In this document: piece after piece, positions 9,873 to 18,255 of the stretch
Layout: the number at the start of each line of letters is the position of its first letter
Position numbering within the stretch: the first letter of the stretch is position 1
Source of the DNA: Bacteroidota bacterium
GTDB taxonomy: Bacteria > Bacteroidota > Bacteroidia > Sphingobacteriales > Sphingobacteriaceae
Length of the DNA stretch: 64,000 nucleotides
Reading direction: 5' to 3'
Assembly (NCBI GenBank): GCA_040389845.1
Contig: JAZJZL010000157.1
Location: 86,324 to 150,323 of the forward strand
Made by a program: the position numbers and the translations under genes
The notes under the pieces: generated by a model
What the model was told of the DNA's origin: nothing
Database searches by the model: none
The model's input: the letters and a program-made list of their open reading frames with translations, nothing else

Positions 9873-10688
9873 TCAGGCTTGTACAAACGCGACAAAATCG
9901 CTGCTCATAGATTGCCCGCTTTTTGCCTTTCGCGCAAATGCGGCCGGCGTAGTGCCGCTGTAACGTTTAAATTCCCGGCTCAGGTGTGATTGGTCGGTAT
10001 AGCCCAGCTCATGAGCCAGGCCTACAAGGCTGGTATTGGGCTGATGCCATAATCGGTTGCGCACCTGCTCAAAACGGATGAGCGCCGACACGTCTTTAAC
10101 CGTATGCCCGGAAGATTGTTTAAAATTCCTCTCCAGGGTGCGCACCGTAGCATGTGCCGCCTCTGCAACCTGGCTTACAGCTATGGCCCCGTTAGCTTTC
10201 CGCATGGCAACCCCGGCCTTGAAAAGCATGCTGTTGGGGGCGATATCAGACTGTGCATCCAAAAAATATTGTTTTATTATCGCCAGCGCTTCCTCTATTT
10301 TGCCCGCTTGCATATACTCACTTAACGCCGGTTGAAGTTTGGCGATAGGGTGCTCAAACATCCGGACGCCGCCTTTACCAGCTTCCAGTCCAAGCAAATC
10401 GAAAACAGTCCATGGGAAGCATCTTATGGCTATGATTTCCAGGCGGCCTTTCGAATAAAAAGTAACCGGCTGATTGAGCAGGCCCATCATAAAGGGCGAC
10501 GGTAATGGCTGTAAGTCTCCGTTATTAGCAACACTCAAGGCGCTGCCGAAATGAAAAATAATTTCTGCATAGCCGTCAGGTTGCACTACAAAGCCGGTTG
10601 GCTGTCCGCCAGCCTCCCTGCGATTGTACCAAAAGCATTTGATGGCATCCTGCAGTTCTTCGGGTGGTGTAAATTCCTGGTGATACAT
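9873..10688 (-). CDS. AraC family transcriptional regulator (DUF6597-type N-terminus)
   Basis: PDGYAEIIF motif and AraC HTH (LAHELGYTDQSHLSREFKRYSGTTP). Start moved to MYHQEF at 10688 because the ORF-track extension overlaps the upstream permease. Confidence 0.88.
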   Translation of the reverse strand: MYHQEFTPPEELQDAIKCFWYNRREAGGQPTGFVVQPDGYAEIIFHFGSALSVANNGDLQPLPSPFMMGLLNQPVTFYSKGRLEIIAIRCFPWTVFDLLGLEAGKGGVRMFEHPIAKLQPALSEYMQAGKIEEALAIIKQYFLDAQSDIAPNSMLFKAGVAMRKANGAIAVSQVAEAAHATVRTLERNFKQSSGHTVKDVSALIRFEQVRNRLWHQPNTSLVGLAHELGYTDQSHLSREFKRYSGTTPAAFARKAKSGQSMSSDFVAFVQA

Positions 10689-10774
10689 TTTCAAAGATAG
10701 CATCTTAAAACTATCCCTTAGTCCGCTGCCGCAAGCCTGCCGGCTTGTGGCCCGCATACAGGTAGCCAGCTTTG

Positions 10775-11560
10775 CTAGCCTTTTTCCTTTTTTAGCATGT
10801 ACAACAAGTATCCCGTTAGCGTAATCAAAACAAACCATGCGAATGCGAAAAGGGTTAGACTGTCGGTTGAAACCAGCAGCACACCCTTACCTGTGCCATG
10901 CAGGTATCGCAGCACGACATAAGTGTAAGGAAAGAGGAGATTGTATTGCTGCGACAGTAGTGACAATGCGCCAATCCAGGCGATAAAACCTACGCCAACA
11001 GGCACAAGGAAGTTTTTGTAAAACAAGCTGATAATATATTGTGCAGCAATTACCGGTAAAACGCAGATAAAATAGGCCAGATCGTCTGATAAGAATTGCC
11101 TGATTAATTCAGCAGAAACGGGCGGGATTTTTATACCGGCAAGCAGCGCGGGAATAATACCAGAAAGCACAACCCCGATGCTAAACAGCACGATGAATTG
11201 GAGTATCATCACCAATATCACGCATAGCTTGGTAAAATAAATGGTAGTGAACCGCAGCGGCAGCGTATGCAATTGCTTCCATGCGTTGTTTTTAAACTCC
11301 AGCTGGTTAACCAGGCTAGTAAATAAAACAGCACCCAGCGGAAGCAGAAAAACCGCCATCGATTCCCAGGCGCTGGTCCATAGGTTTTTCCAAAAAGCGG
11401 CATCCGTGTAGACTGCGGAGAGATGGCTGTATTTTATCAACCGCGCTATAATAATTACCGTTGGTGTAAAAAAAGCCCCTGTTATTATCATGCGCGATGC
11501 AAGGCTGCGTTTTTTCTTTAGCCACTCGCTTTGAAAAGCATATACAAACATCAAATTCAT
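10775..11560 (-). CDS. ABC-2 type permease (lantibiotic/peptide-immunity LanE/G-like)
   Basis: Starts F.SEWLKKKRS, has multiple TM helices and the motif LEFKNNAWKQLHTLP. Overlaps the ATPase stop by 4 nt. Confidence 0.85.
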   Translation of the reverse strand: MNLMFVYAFQSEWLKKKRSLASRMIITGAFFTPTVIIIARLIKYSHLSAVYTDAAFWKNLWTSAWESMAVFLLPLGAVLFTSLVNQLEFKNNAWKQLHTLPLRFTTIYFTKLCVILVMILQFIVLFSIGVVLSGIIPALLAGIKIPPVSAELIRQFLSDDLAYFICVLPVIAAQYIISLFYKNFLVPVGVGFIAWIGALSLLSQQYNLLFPYTYVVLRYLHGTGKGVLLVSTDSLTLFAFAWFVLITLTGYLLYMLKKEKG

Positions 11561-12480
11561 TTCACTTGGTCAATAAGGTTGATAAATAGTTTTTCGAGGT
11601 CTTCCTTGCGGCTGGTTATTTCATAAACATCCACATCGTTTTGTACCAGCAGCCGGGTTGCCATGGCGATTTTTTCGGCGGGTAATGGGCCTGTATGCAC
11701 CTGCTGCTCGCTGATTATTGCAGAGTCATCAAACTCATGCAGGATTCTCAAAGCGACCCCGGGATTGCCGGTTGCAAAAACCGTGTATTGCCCCGTGCGG
11801 GATTGCAGGTTTTCCAATGTCCCCTGGAACAGCAGCGTTCCTTTGTTGATTATGCCGACGTGGGTAACCAGTCGCTCTATTTCGGCAAGCAAGTGAGATG
11901 AAATAAAAATTGAAAGGCCCTGCTGATGATTTAAGGCTCTGAGCAGCTCGCGTATCTCGATCATGCCATTGGGATCGAGGCCGTTGGTGGGCTCATCAAG
12001 GATTAATAGTGATGGTGAATGTAAGAGCGATGCCGCGATGCCAAACCGCTGTTTCATGCCTAAAGAGAATTTGCCGAGTGGTTTTGAACCCGTACCGCCC
12101 AGGCCGGTTATATCCAGCACATATTTAATTCTCGATTCTGGTGACTGATAAACCTTTTGAAGCACGCGAAGGTTTTCGTTTGCGGTTAAGTGGGCATAAA
12201 ATGATGGTGTTTCAATCAGGGAGCCTATGCGGCGCAGAATGTTTGCCCGGTTCGGGCGCAGCGGGCCACCAAAGATATTTATTTCGCCCTGTTGGTTTTT
12301 AAGCAGGCCAAGCAGTAAACGCATGGTGGTAGTTTTCCCGGCGCCGTTTGGCCCTAAAAAGCCATAGATGCTATGCTCCGGCACCTGCAAATCAATCCCG
12401 GAAAGTATCCGCTGTTCCGGCGAGTAATGGTAGGTTAAATCCTTTGTTTCTAAGCAGTACATTGGTCTGTTTTTCTGCAA
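11557..12480 (-). CDS. ABC transporter ATP-binding protein (BcrA/LanF-like)
   Basis: Walker A GPNGAGKTT, signature FSLGMKQR, Walker B LILDEPTNGLDP and H-loop ISSHLL. Confidence 0.95.
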   Translation of the reverse strand: MQKNRPMYCLETKDLTYHYSPEQRILSGIDLQVPEHSIYGFLGPNGAGKTTTMRLLLGLLKNQQGEINIFGGPLRPNRANILRRIGSLIETPSFYAHLTANENLRVLQKVYQSPESRIKYVLDITGLGGTGSKPLGKFSLGMKQRFGIAASLLHSPSLLILDEPTNGLDPNGMIEIRELLRALNHQQGLSIFISSHLLAEIERLVTHVGIINKGTLLFQGTLENLQSRTGQYTVFATGNPGVALRILHEFDDSAIISEQQVHTGPLPAEKIAMATRLLVQNDVDVYEITSRKEDLEKLFINLIDQVK

Positions 12481-12509
12481 AAATCGCCCGTACCGTAGCC
12501 AAAAACTAC

Positions 12510-13532
12510 CTAAAACATGTTTTGAGGATTATTTTCTGAAAACTCCCGCGGCGTTTTCCCGGCGACTTTCTTAAATACCCGCTGAAATGTCGCCAGTGAG
12601 TTAAAACCGGCTTCGTAAGCTACGGCTGCTATGGTTATATTTCGTTCCCGGTAGGTTGATAGCAATCTTTTCGCTTCCTCCACGCGATATTGGTTAAGGT
12701 ATTCGTGAAAGTTTTTTTGCACTTCGCGATTTAAAACCGCCGAGATTGTCCGTGAGGAGATATTAATTTCTGCAGATAGAGACTGCAGGGTTAGCTCCGG
12801 GTCGAGATAGAGCTTTTTATCTTCAAAAGCTATTTTTAAGCTTGATAGACATTCTTCAATCAACGTTCCGTCCATAGGTTCAGGTGTGGTGTGTACGGTT
12901 GTATTGTGGCTGCTTTCAGTAGGTTTAAGATAGCGGGCAACCAGCATCCAAAACAGGCTGGCATAAACCAACACGTCCATTTTCCATAGCGCAGTTTGAT
13001 AGGGTAACAACAGCGCTGCAAAATTTGAGATGGCAGTATAGGCAGCCAGGCATAATATAGATTTTGTAAGCAGCGGCAACCGCGAGAAATAACCACGCCT
13101 GTTGAACCAAATAGCCACAAGGAAAATTAATGCTGTTACCCGGAGAAATGCAATCATTGCCGGAACATAAGCCGGATACAAAATAACGAGACCGATTGCT
13201 ATTGAGGTACTTATTATAAGATAAGCATAGTGTAAATTTTTAACCAATGATTGATGACTTAGCCAACGCCGCCTGAGTGAATACATACAAACAGCTACAA
13301 CAAAACAGGTTTCAGCCAGGCTTAAAAAGAGCACTGTATTTTCATTAAATATTGATTTGCTTACCAGGTGATATTTAATAAGCCCGGCAAAGACGATTAA
13401 TGCAAGAAAAACTGATACCGCACCTGTGTCATGCCTTTTTTGTCGTAAGGTATATTGCAATACAAATATGATGAATGCAGTTATTGCAATTGTTGTTAAA
13501 AAAAGGGCAGGGTTATAGTGGGTGAAAAACAT
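12510..13532 (-). CDS. Membrane-anchored AraC family regulator
   Basis: About 200 aa hydrophobic multi-TM N-terminus, then KKLYLDPELTL...YLNQYRVEEAK...YEAGFNSLATFQRVFKK. Confidence 0.88.
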   Translation of the reverse strand: MFFTHYNPALFLTTIAITAFIIFVLQYTLRQKRHDTGAVSVFLALIVFAGLIKYHLVSKSIFNENTVLFLSLAETCFVVAVCMYSLRRRWLSHQSLVKNLHYAYLIISTSIAIGLVILYPAYVPAMIAFLRVTALIFLVAIWFNRRGYFSRLPLLTKSILCLAAYTAISNFAALLLPYQTALWKMDVLVYASLFWMLVARYLKPTESSHNTTVHTTPEPMDGTLIEECLSSLKIAFEDKKLYLDPELTLQSLSAEINISSRTISAVLNREVQKNFHEYLNQYRVEEAKRLLSTYRERNITIAAVAYEAGFNSLATFQRVFKKVAGKTPREFSENNPQNMF

Positions 13533-13652
13533 ATCGGCGCATGGTGGTTTTGCTGGGTGATTAGATGATTTTGGTGGCGAGGTTGTTACAATGACAATTC
13601 CCGGACTGCTGCTATATAGCTGATTTGTATTTTCTAAGCGATTTGGGTACTC

Positions 13653-14198
13653 TTGTGCGCTTTTTGGGACACGTCGACAGACGCAGAGAAAAGCAAATTA
13701 TTACGTGATGTATTATTATATGCAAATTCAAACCCCGATTCTTTTAAAAGGGATATCAATGAAATTCAGTTTGACCCCGTGCTTAAGCCTCTGCCCATTA
13801 TTTTGGAGGCCCTTTCGAAAGACACGGAAACCTGGGGTGATTTTTATGTAGCTGTTTTAAATGACATTTTAAATAAAGCTGAACAAATAGACAGGCCAGG
13901 GGGTGTACTGACGTATATATCGGAATTCTATTACATAGAAGAAGCCAGCGGAGATTTCGTCCAAAAGATTGCGGACCTGCTACTAAAAGCGCGTAAGTCG
14001 AAAAGCGAGAAGATTCAATTAAAGGCCATTTGTACTTTGCCGGGCTATTTGCGTAATCCTGCCATAAAGAATAGGGACTTGATTCTTAATTGTTTGATAG
14101 AAAAACTTGACGATAAGAATTGGAAAGCAAGATACTTGTCATTTAAATATTTAAAATACGAAGGTTTGTTGCTTGAGGGGAAGGCGATTGTCTTTTAA
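13653..14198 (+). CDS. Hypothetical helical (HEAT-like) protein; start uncertain
   Basis: 181-aa ORF starting at TTG, AT-rich. The C-terminus (KLDDKNWKAR) resembles a HEAT repeat. An in-frame stop lies just upstream at 13635. Confidence 0.55.
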   Translation: MCAFWDTSTDAEKSKLLRDVLLYANSNPDSFKRDINEIQFDPVLKPLPIILEALSKDTETWGDFYVAVLNDILNKAEQIDRPGGVLTYISEFYYIEEASGDFVQKIADLLLKARKSKSEKIQLKAICTLPGYLRNPAIKNRDLILNCLIEKLDDKNWKARYLSFKYLKYEGLLLEGKAIVF

Positions 14199-14240
14199 GG
14201 ATATGATCCTAAAAACTTTTTTAGGGGAGCCGGAACAAAT

Positions 14241-14564
14241 TTAGAGCAATTTGAGGCGGCTTATAATTTCGTTATCACCTAAAGTATCGGTATCTGTTTT
14301 ATCATATATCGAAAGCAGGTAGATTTCCTCTTTTACAACCTTCAGATAAGTTATTATCCTTGCGCGGCCTGATTTGCCCTTGTTTTTCGAAGATACTGCC
14401 ATGCGAATTTTGTAACAATTGTTACCTAAAGATTCACCAATTGCGGGTGTTTTCTCCAGCGTCGCAATTAACTTTGCAACGTCGGTTTTGATGGAAATGT
14501 GCCGTTTTGAAAGCTTTTTTAATTCTCTTTCAAATAATGGAGTAGGTATAACATTAAAGCTCAT
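14241..14564 (-). CDS. relE: Type II toxin, RelE/HigB-like
   Basis: MSFNVIPTPLFERELKKL...CYKIRMAVSSKNKGKSGRARII...YLLSIYDK is typical of RelE-superfamily toxins. Start refined to ATG at 14564. Confidence 0.85.
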   Translation of the reverse strand: MSFNVIPTPLFERELKKLSKRHISIKTDVAKLIATLEKTPAIGESLGNNCYKIRMAVSSKNKGKSGRARIITYLKVVKEEIYLLSIYDKTDTDTLGDNEIISRLKLL

Positions 14565-14784
14565 CGAGCAATTGTTCAATAGATTTCGCCTTAACTTTGC
14601 CCTCCTGGTGGAGTTTAACCCATTTTACAGACTCTTCTAGGTCGTCTAATATTTGTTTCTTTTTTTGTGCCTTACTTATTTTTTTAACGGTATCGATTGA
14701 CACGACTTTTCCACCCAGTTGTTCGATCAAATCAGACAATGTTTTTTCAACTTTGTCCGGGATTTCAATTGTAAGAGTTGTCAT
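14554..14784 (-). CDS. Putative antitoxin
   Basis: 76-aa ORF directly upstream of and overlapping the toxin. The C-terminus (GKVKAKSIEQLLDEL) is typical of Bacteroidota antitoxins. Confidence 0.75.
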   Translation of the reverse strand: MTTLTIEIPDKVEKTLSDLIEQLGGKVVSIDTVKKISKAQKKKQILDDLEESVKWVKLHQEGKVKAKSIEQLLDEL

Positions 14785-14952
14785 ATAACAAATTTAGACA
14801 ATTATTTTAAATGTATCCGGCAGGTTATTATAAAGCCAGTGTTATGACGTTACTGTAGAGCAATTCGCCGCGATAAAAGACAAATGATTTATTCCCTACC
14901 TTGCACTGTAACAAATCACCTTCAGGCGATACTCATATCCCAAAATGATGCA

Positions 14953-15450
14953 GTGAAACAACCCGATTTGCATAGCACCTTTCTCAGCCTGGTAAAGCAG
15001 CACGAGCGAATAATTTACAAGGTGTGCTACCTGTATGCCGCTAACGCAACCGACCGGCAGGACCTTTACCAGGAAATACTGGTGCAAACCTGGAAGGGCT
15101 ATGAAAAATTCCGGGGCGATGCCAAGTTTAGCACGTGGCTGTACCAGGTGGCTATTAATACCGCTATTGCCGATTTCCGCAGGGGAAAGAACTCGCCCGT
15201 TAGCTTTACGGGCGATGATTTGCCTGAGATAAGTGACAATATAGCCGGTGGAACGGAAACGGAACAACTGGAGCAACTGCACGCGGCCATCAACCAGCTT
15301 AACGATATCGAAAAAGCTTTGGTAATGCTTTATCTCGACGGCAATACCTACGATGAGATGGAAAGCATTATGGGCATCCCTAACGGCGCTCTCCGGGTTA
15401 AAATGACAAGGATAAAGGAAAAATTAAGACAACTCACTAAAAATAATTGA
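14953..15450 (+). CDS. ECF RNA polymerase sigma factor
   Basis: Region 2 (DRQDLYQEILVQTWK...AKFSTWLYQVAINTA) and region 4 (ALVMLYLDGNTYDEMESIMG). GTG at 14953 is preferred; the ORF track starts at 14884. Confidence 0.93.
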   Translation: MKQPDLHSTFLSLVKQHERIIYKVCYLYAANATDRQDLYQEILVQTWKGYEKFRGDAKFSTWLYQVAINTAIADFRRGKNSPVSFTGDDLPEISDNIAGGTETEQLEQLHAAINQLNDIEKALVMLYLDGNTYDEMESIMGIPNGALRVKMTRIKEKLRQLTKNN

Positions 15451-15451
15451 C

Positions 15452-16051
15452 ATGGAACTCGACGAATTTAAAGACATGTGGACAAAGGCTGAAATGCAGC
15501 CATCCACCATAAATTATAACATCAGCAGCATGATTTACACCGACTCGAAAAGTCCGCTGGCCATGATCGAAAAACGTTTTAAAGCAGCGCTTTTCATGTT
15601 CCCGCTTACTGTAGTAATATTCGGCGGAACGTTTATCAGCAAGGGAACTAACCAAAGTGTAATTACATGGCTACTATTTGCCATACTGTTTATTGAATTT
15701 TTGTTCTCGCTTTTCAACTACCTGCTGATAAAAAAAATACAGCAACCCGCCGGCAACATCAGGGAGAACTTGGTAAAGCGGGTTTACCTGCTGGAACAAC
15801 GCACGACAAATTACCTGTACCTTCATACCGGGCTTTATGTGGTTATGGCTATATTGCTGGAACTTAGTGTTTATTTTAACTTTGATGCAAACCATGGGTG
15901 GTGGGCTGGCATTAACCCGGTGTTGAGAGCGGTTATCTGTGTTGTTTTCCTTGCCGGGCAGCATTTCATCAAGCGGCAATCGCAAACAAAATTGTACGGG
16001 CAATATATTGAAAAACTACACGGGTTAATTGGGCAAATGGAAGCTAACTAA
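15452..16051 (+). CDS. Membrane protein, probable anti-sigma factor
   Basis: Starts 1 nt after the sigma stop. MELDEFKDMW N-terminus followed by about four TM helices. Confidence 0.75.
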   Translation: MELDEFKDMWTKAEMQPSTINYNISSMIYTDSKSPLAMIEKRFKAALFMFPLTVVIFGGTFISKGTNQSVITWLLFAILFIEFLFSLFNYLLIKKIQQPAGNIRENLVKRVYLLEQRTTNYLYLHTGLYVVMAILLELSVYFNFDANHGWWAGINPVLRAVICVVFLAGQHFIKRQSQTKLYGQYIEKLHGLIGQMEAN

Positions 16052-16069
16052 ACAGCTATAAACATGTTT

Positions 16070-17335
16070 TTAAAGCGCGTTGATTTCCTCATCAAACTTA
16101 CTGTCCGTAAAAAACTTTTTATAATCCTGTATGTGCATCATATTATACACCGCCTGCTTTTTATTTTTTGCGTGGTTATAATAAGCTTTGCATATACGGT
16201 AACCAACCCAGTAACCAAGGTCGGCGGGATGATCGGGGCGGTCATCATCGCCGTTGCCTATCCAGTTTTGTTTGCGGTCCAGGTACATCTCCTTTTTAAA
16301 ATCGCCCCATATTTTTTGTTCTTTACCTTTGGCAAAAACTACCAGCCGCTCGTTTGCTTGTTTGCCCGAAATTAGCTCGCCGATAAAGTCGGCCATGCCC
16401 TCTATGATGGCCTCACGCAGCAGCGTAGTGTCTGACGCCATACTATTTTGCTGGTAATGAATAAGCTCGTGGGCAACAATATGTATCAATTGCTGCAAGG
16501 GGTTTAAATAATGTAGCTGCCAGCTTTTTATTTGGGATAAATCAGTAGTGTTGGTTTTAGCCGATTGGTCAATCGCGAGTATCAGCCCGTTGGATGTGGA
16601 AGTGCCGGCAGAATTTAGTTTGCCTATCACAAAATAAATATCAGGAAAGATAGCGTCCGGGTATAGTTTTTTTAGATTCACATAACTCTTCATATAGTCC
16701 TGTCTATAGGCAGCGGCTTTAAAAGTGTTAGCGCGTACACTTGTGTAAAATTTATCCATGCCGTTGTGGTCCCGTGTAAAGGAGTACAGGTTATTCCCCA
16801 TTTTATTTACAAAGTAATCCAGCAGCGCTGTGGTGCCTTTGTCGAAATAATACTTTTTATATATGCTTTCGGCGTGGGCAGTATCAGCAGCAACCTTGTC
16901 AAAGGCAATCCAAAAGTTTTTTACGTCGCTGTCAATTACCTTTGCCTTAAGCGGATCGGTTGAGTAAGCCGGCTTCATACTTCGGATGATTCTTTGCCAA
17001 TGCGCACTGGCTTTCATAAAATCAAAATCGTCATCGGCCTTCAGCACCGGAACGTCATTAAAACCATACTTACTAATACCCAATTCCAGCAGCTTAAAGC
17101 TATTGCTGCTGTCTTTACCCGCAGCGTAAGCGCTGGCTGCATAAAAATAGATGGTACTTTTGGTTATCTTATTATCACCTGCTTCTGCGGCTTTTGCCCA
17201 TATCCCGGCAGTTTTTAAATAGTCGTGCTTTTTATAGAACACGTTGCCGGCTTGTAATAGACTGTCGGATTTTGATTGTGAAAATGAGGTGGCCGTTTTT
17301 AACAGTACCAGGATTATCAGTGGCATTTTCCTCAT
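16070..17335 (-). CDS. Secreted predicted Zn-dependent protease (DUF2268-like) with N-terminal TPR-like region
   Basis: Signal peptide. HELIH followed by EGMADF (gluzincin-like HExxH...E) and C-terminal DLGYWVGYRI. Confidence 0.8.
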   Translation of the reverse strand: MRKMPLIILVLLKTATSFSQSKSDSLLQAGNVFYKKHDYLKTAGIWAKAAEAGDNKITKSTIYFYAASAYAAGKDSSNSFKLLELGISKYGFNDVPVLKADDDFDFMKASAHWQRIIRSMKPAYSTDPLKAKVIDSDVKNFWIAFDKVAADTAHAESIYKKYYFDKGTTALLDYFVNKMGNNLYSFTRDHNGMDKFYTSVRANTFKAAAYRQDYMKSYVNLKKLYPDAIFPDIYFVIGKLNSAGTSTSNGLILAIDQSAKTNTTDLSQIKSWQLHYLNPLQQLIHIVAHELIHYQQNSMASDTTLLREAIIEGMADFIGELISGKQANERLVVFAKGKEQKIWGDFKKEMYLDRKQNWIGNGDDDRPDHPADLGYWVGYRICKAYYNHAKNKKQAVYNMMHIQDYKKFFTDSKFDEEINAL

Positions 17336-17485
17336 AAGTATGGCGATGTATTTAATAATTACCGTGCAATATAATATCCGTAAGGTATTAAACTTTACTA
17401 ATAATTGCTATTGAACTCGAAATAATATTTGAATGTTAAATTTAAAAAGCGGATATTTAATCGCTGATATTAAGCCGAAACATCA

Positions 17486-18034
17486 CTGAAAAAGGTAATC
17501 GCCATATTATTTCTGAATATTTACCTGGTAAGCTTATCCGGGCAACTGGCGGTTTATCAATATTTAAGCTACAAAAACGATAAATTTTTTAAGACGCAAA
17601 CCAGCGAAGGCCTTTACAATGTTAACGACCTTACCGAAATAAAAATTCCCGCCAGCATGCATGGCGTAGCGGAATGGGCCAATTATGAGAAAGTAAGCGG
17701 CCGCATACAATTTGCCGATGCCGCATATAACTATGTAGAGATGCGGGTTACCGCTGATGCCATTTATCTTAAATGCGTCCCTAACTACGAAACAACGCAA
17801 CTGTCTGGCCTTAATATTATCCACGCCGAAAATATAAAAGGCGTGCACATCCCCCAGAAAGGGCGCGTTCCGTATGGCAAAACCACGCTGAATTATAACC
17901 TGGGCTTCGCATTTGTAAAGTTCGAATTTAATTCGCCGTTTAAAAATGCATTAAAACTACCGGCTCAACCGGTATCAAAAATAACCTGTCAAAGCGCCGA
18001 TATTCCGGAGCAACCACCCAAGTCTTTCTGCTAA
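17486..18034 (+). CDS. Conserved Bacteroidota hypothetical protein with probable CTG start and C-terminal PP motif
   Basis: The frame of the tracked ORF (17657) stays open back to CTG at 17486, giving (M)KKVIAILFLNIYLVSLSGQ... The protein ends DIPEQPPKSFC. Confidence 0.72.
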   Translation: MKKVIAILFLNIYLVSLSGQLAVYQYLSYKNDKFFKTQTSEGLYNVNDLTEIKIPASMHGVAEWANYEKVSGRIQFADAAYNYVEMRVTADAIYLKCVPNYETTQLSGLNIIHAENIKGVHIPQKGRVPYGKTTLNYNLGFAFVKFEFNSPFKNALKLPAQPVSKITCQSADIPEQPPKSFC

Positions 18035-18255
18035 TTCAAGATTAGCGTATCTGCCGGGGCTTTGTCCCTAACGGATATATTTCGCGTTCGCATTATTTCC
18101 TCAATAAGGATAAGTGTGCCGTTTTCCTGCTTTTACGCTAACCGACTAATCAATTCGCTTATTCCATTTGCGGCGGCAATATTTTATTTGCGCCGGAATA
18201 AGTATCAATGGCAGAATGTTAAACACTAACAAATGGCTAAACGCCATAATTACTT

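Noticed and set aside
10689-10838. N-terminal extension of the AraC ORF
   Set aside because: It overlaps the permease 3' end and is not AraC-like; MYHQEF is the plausible start.
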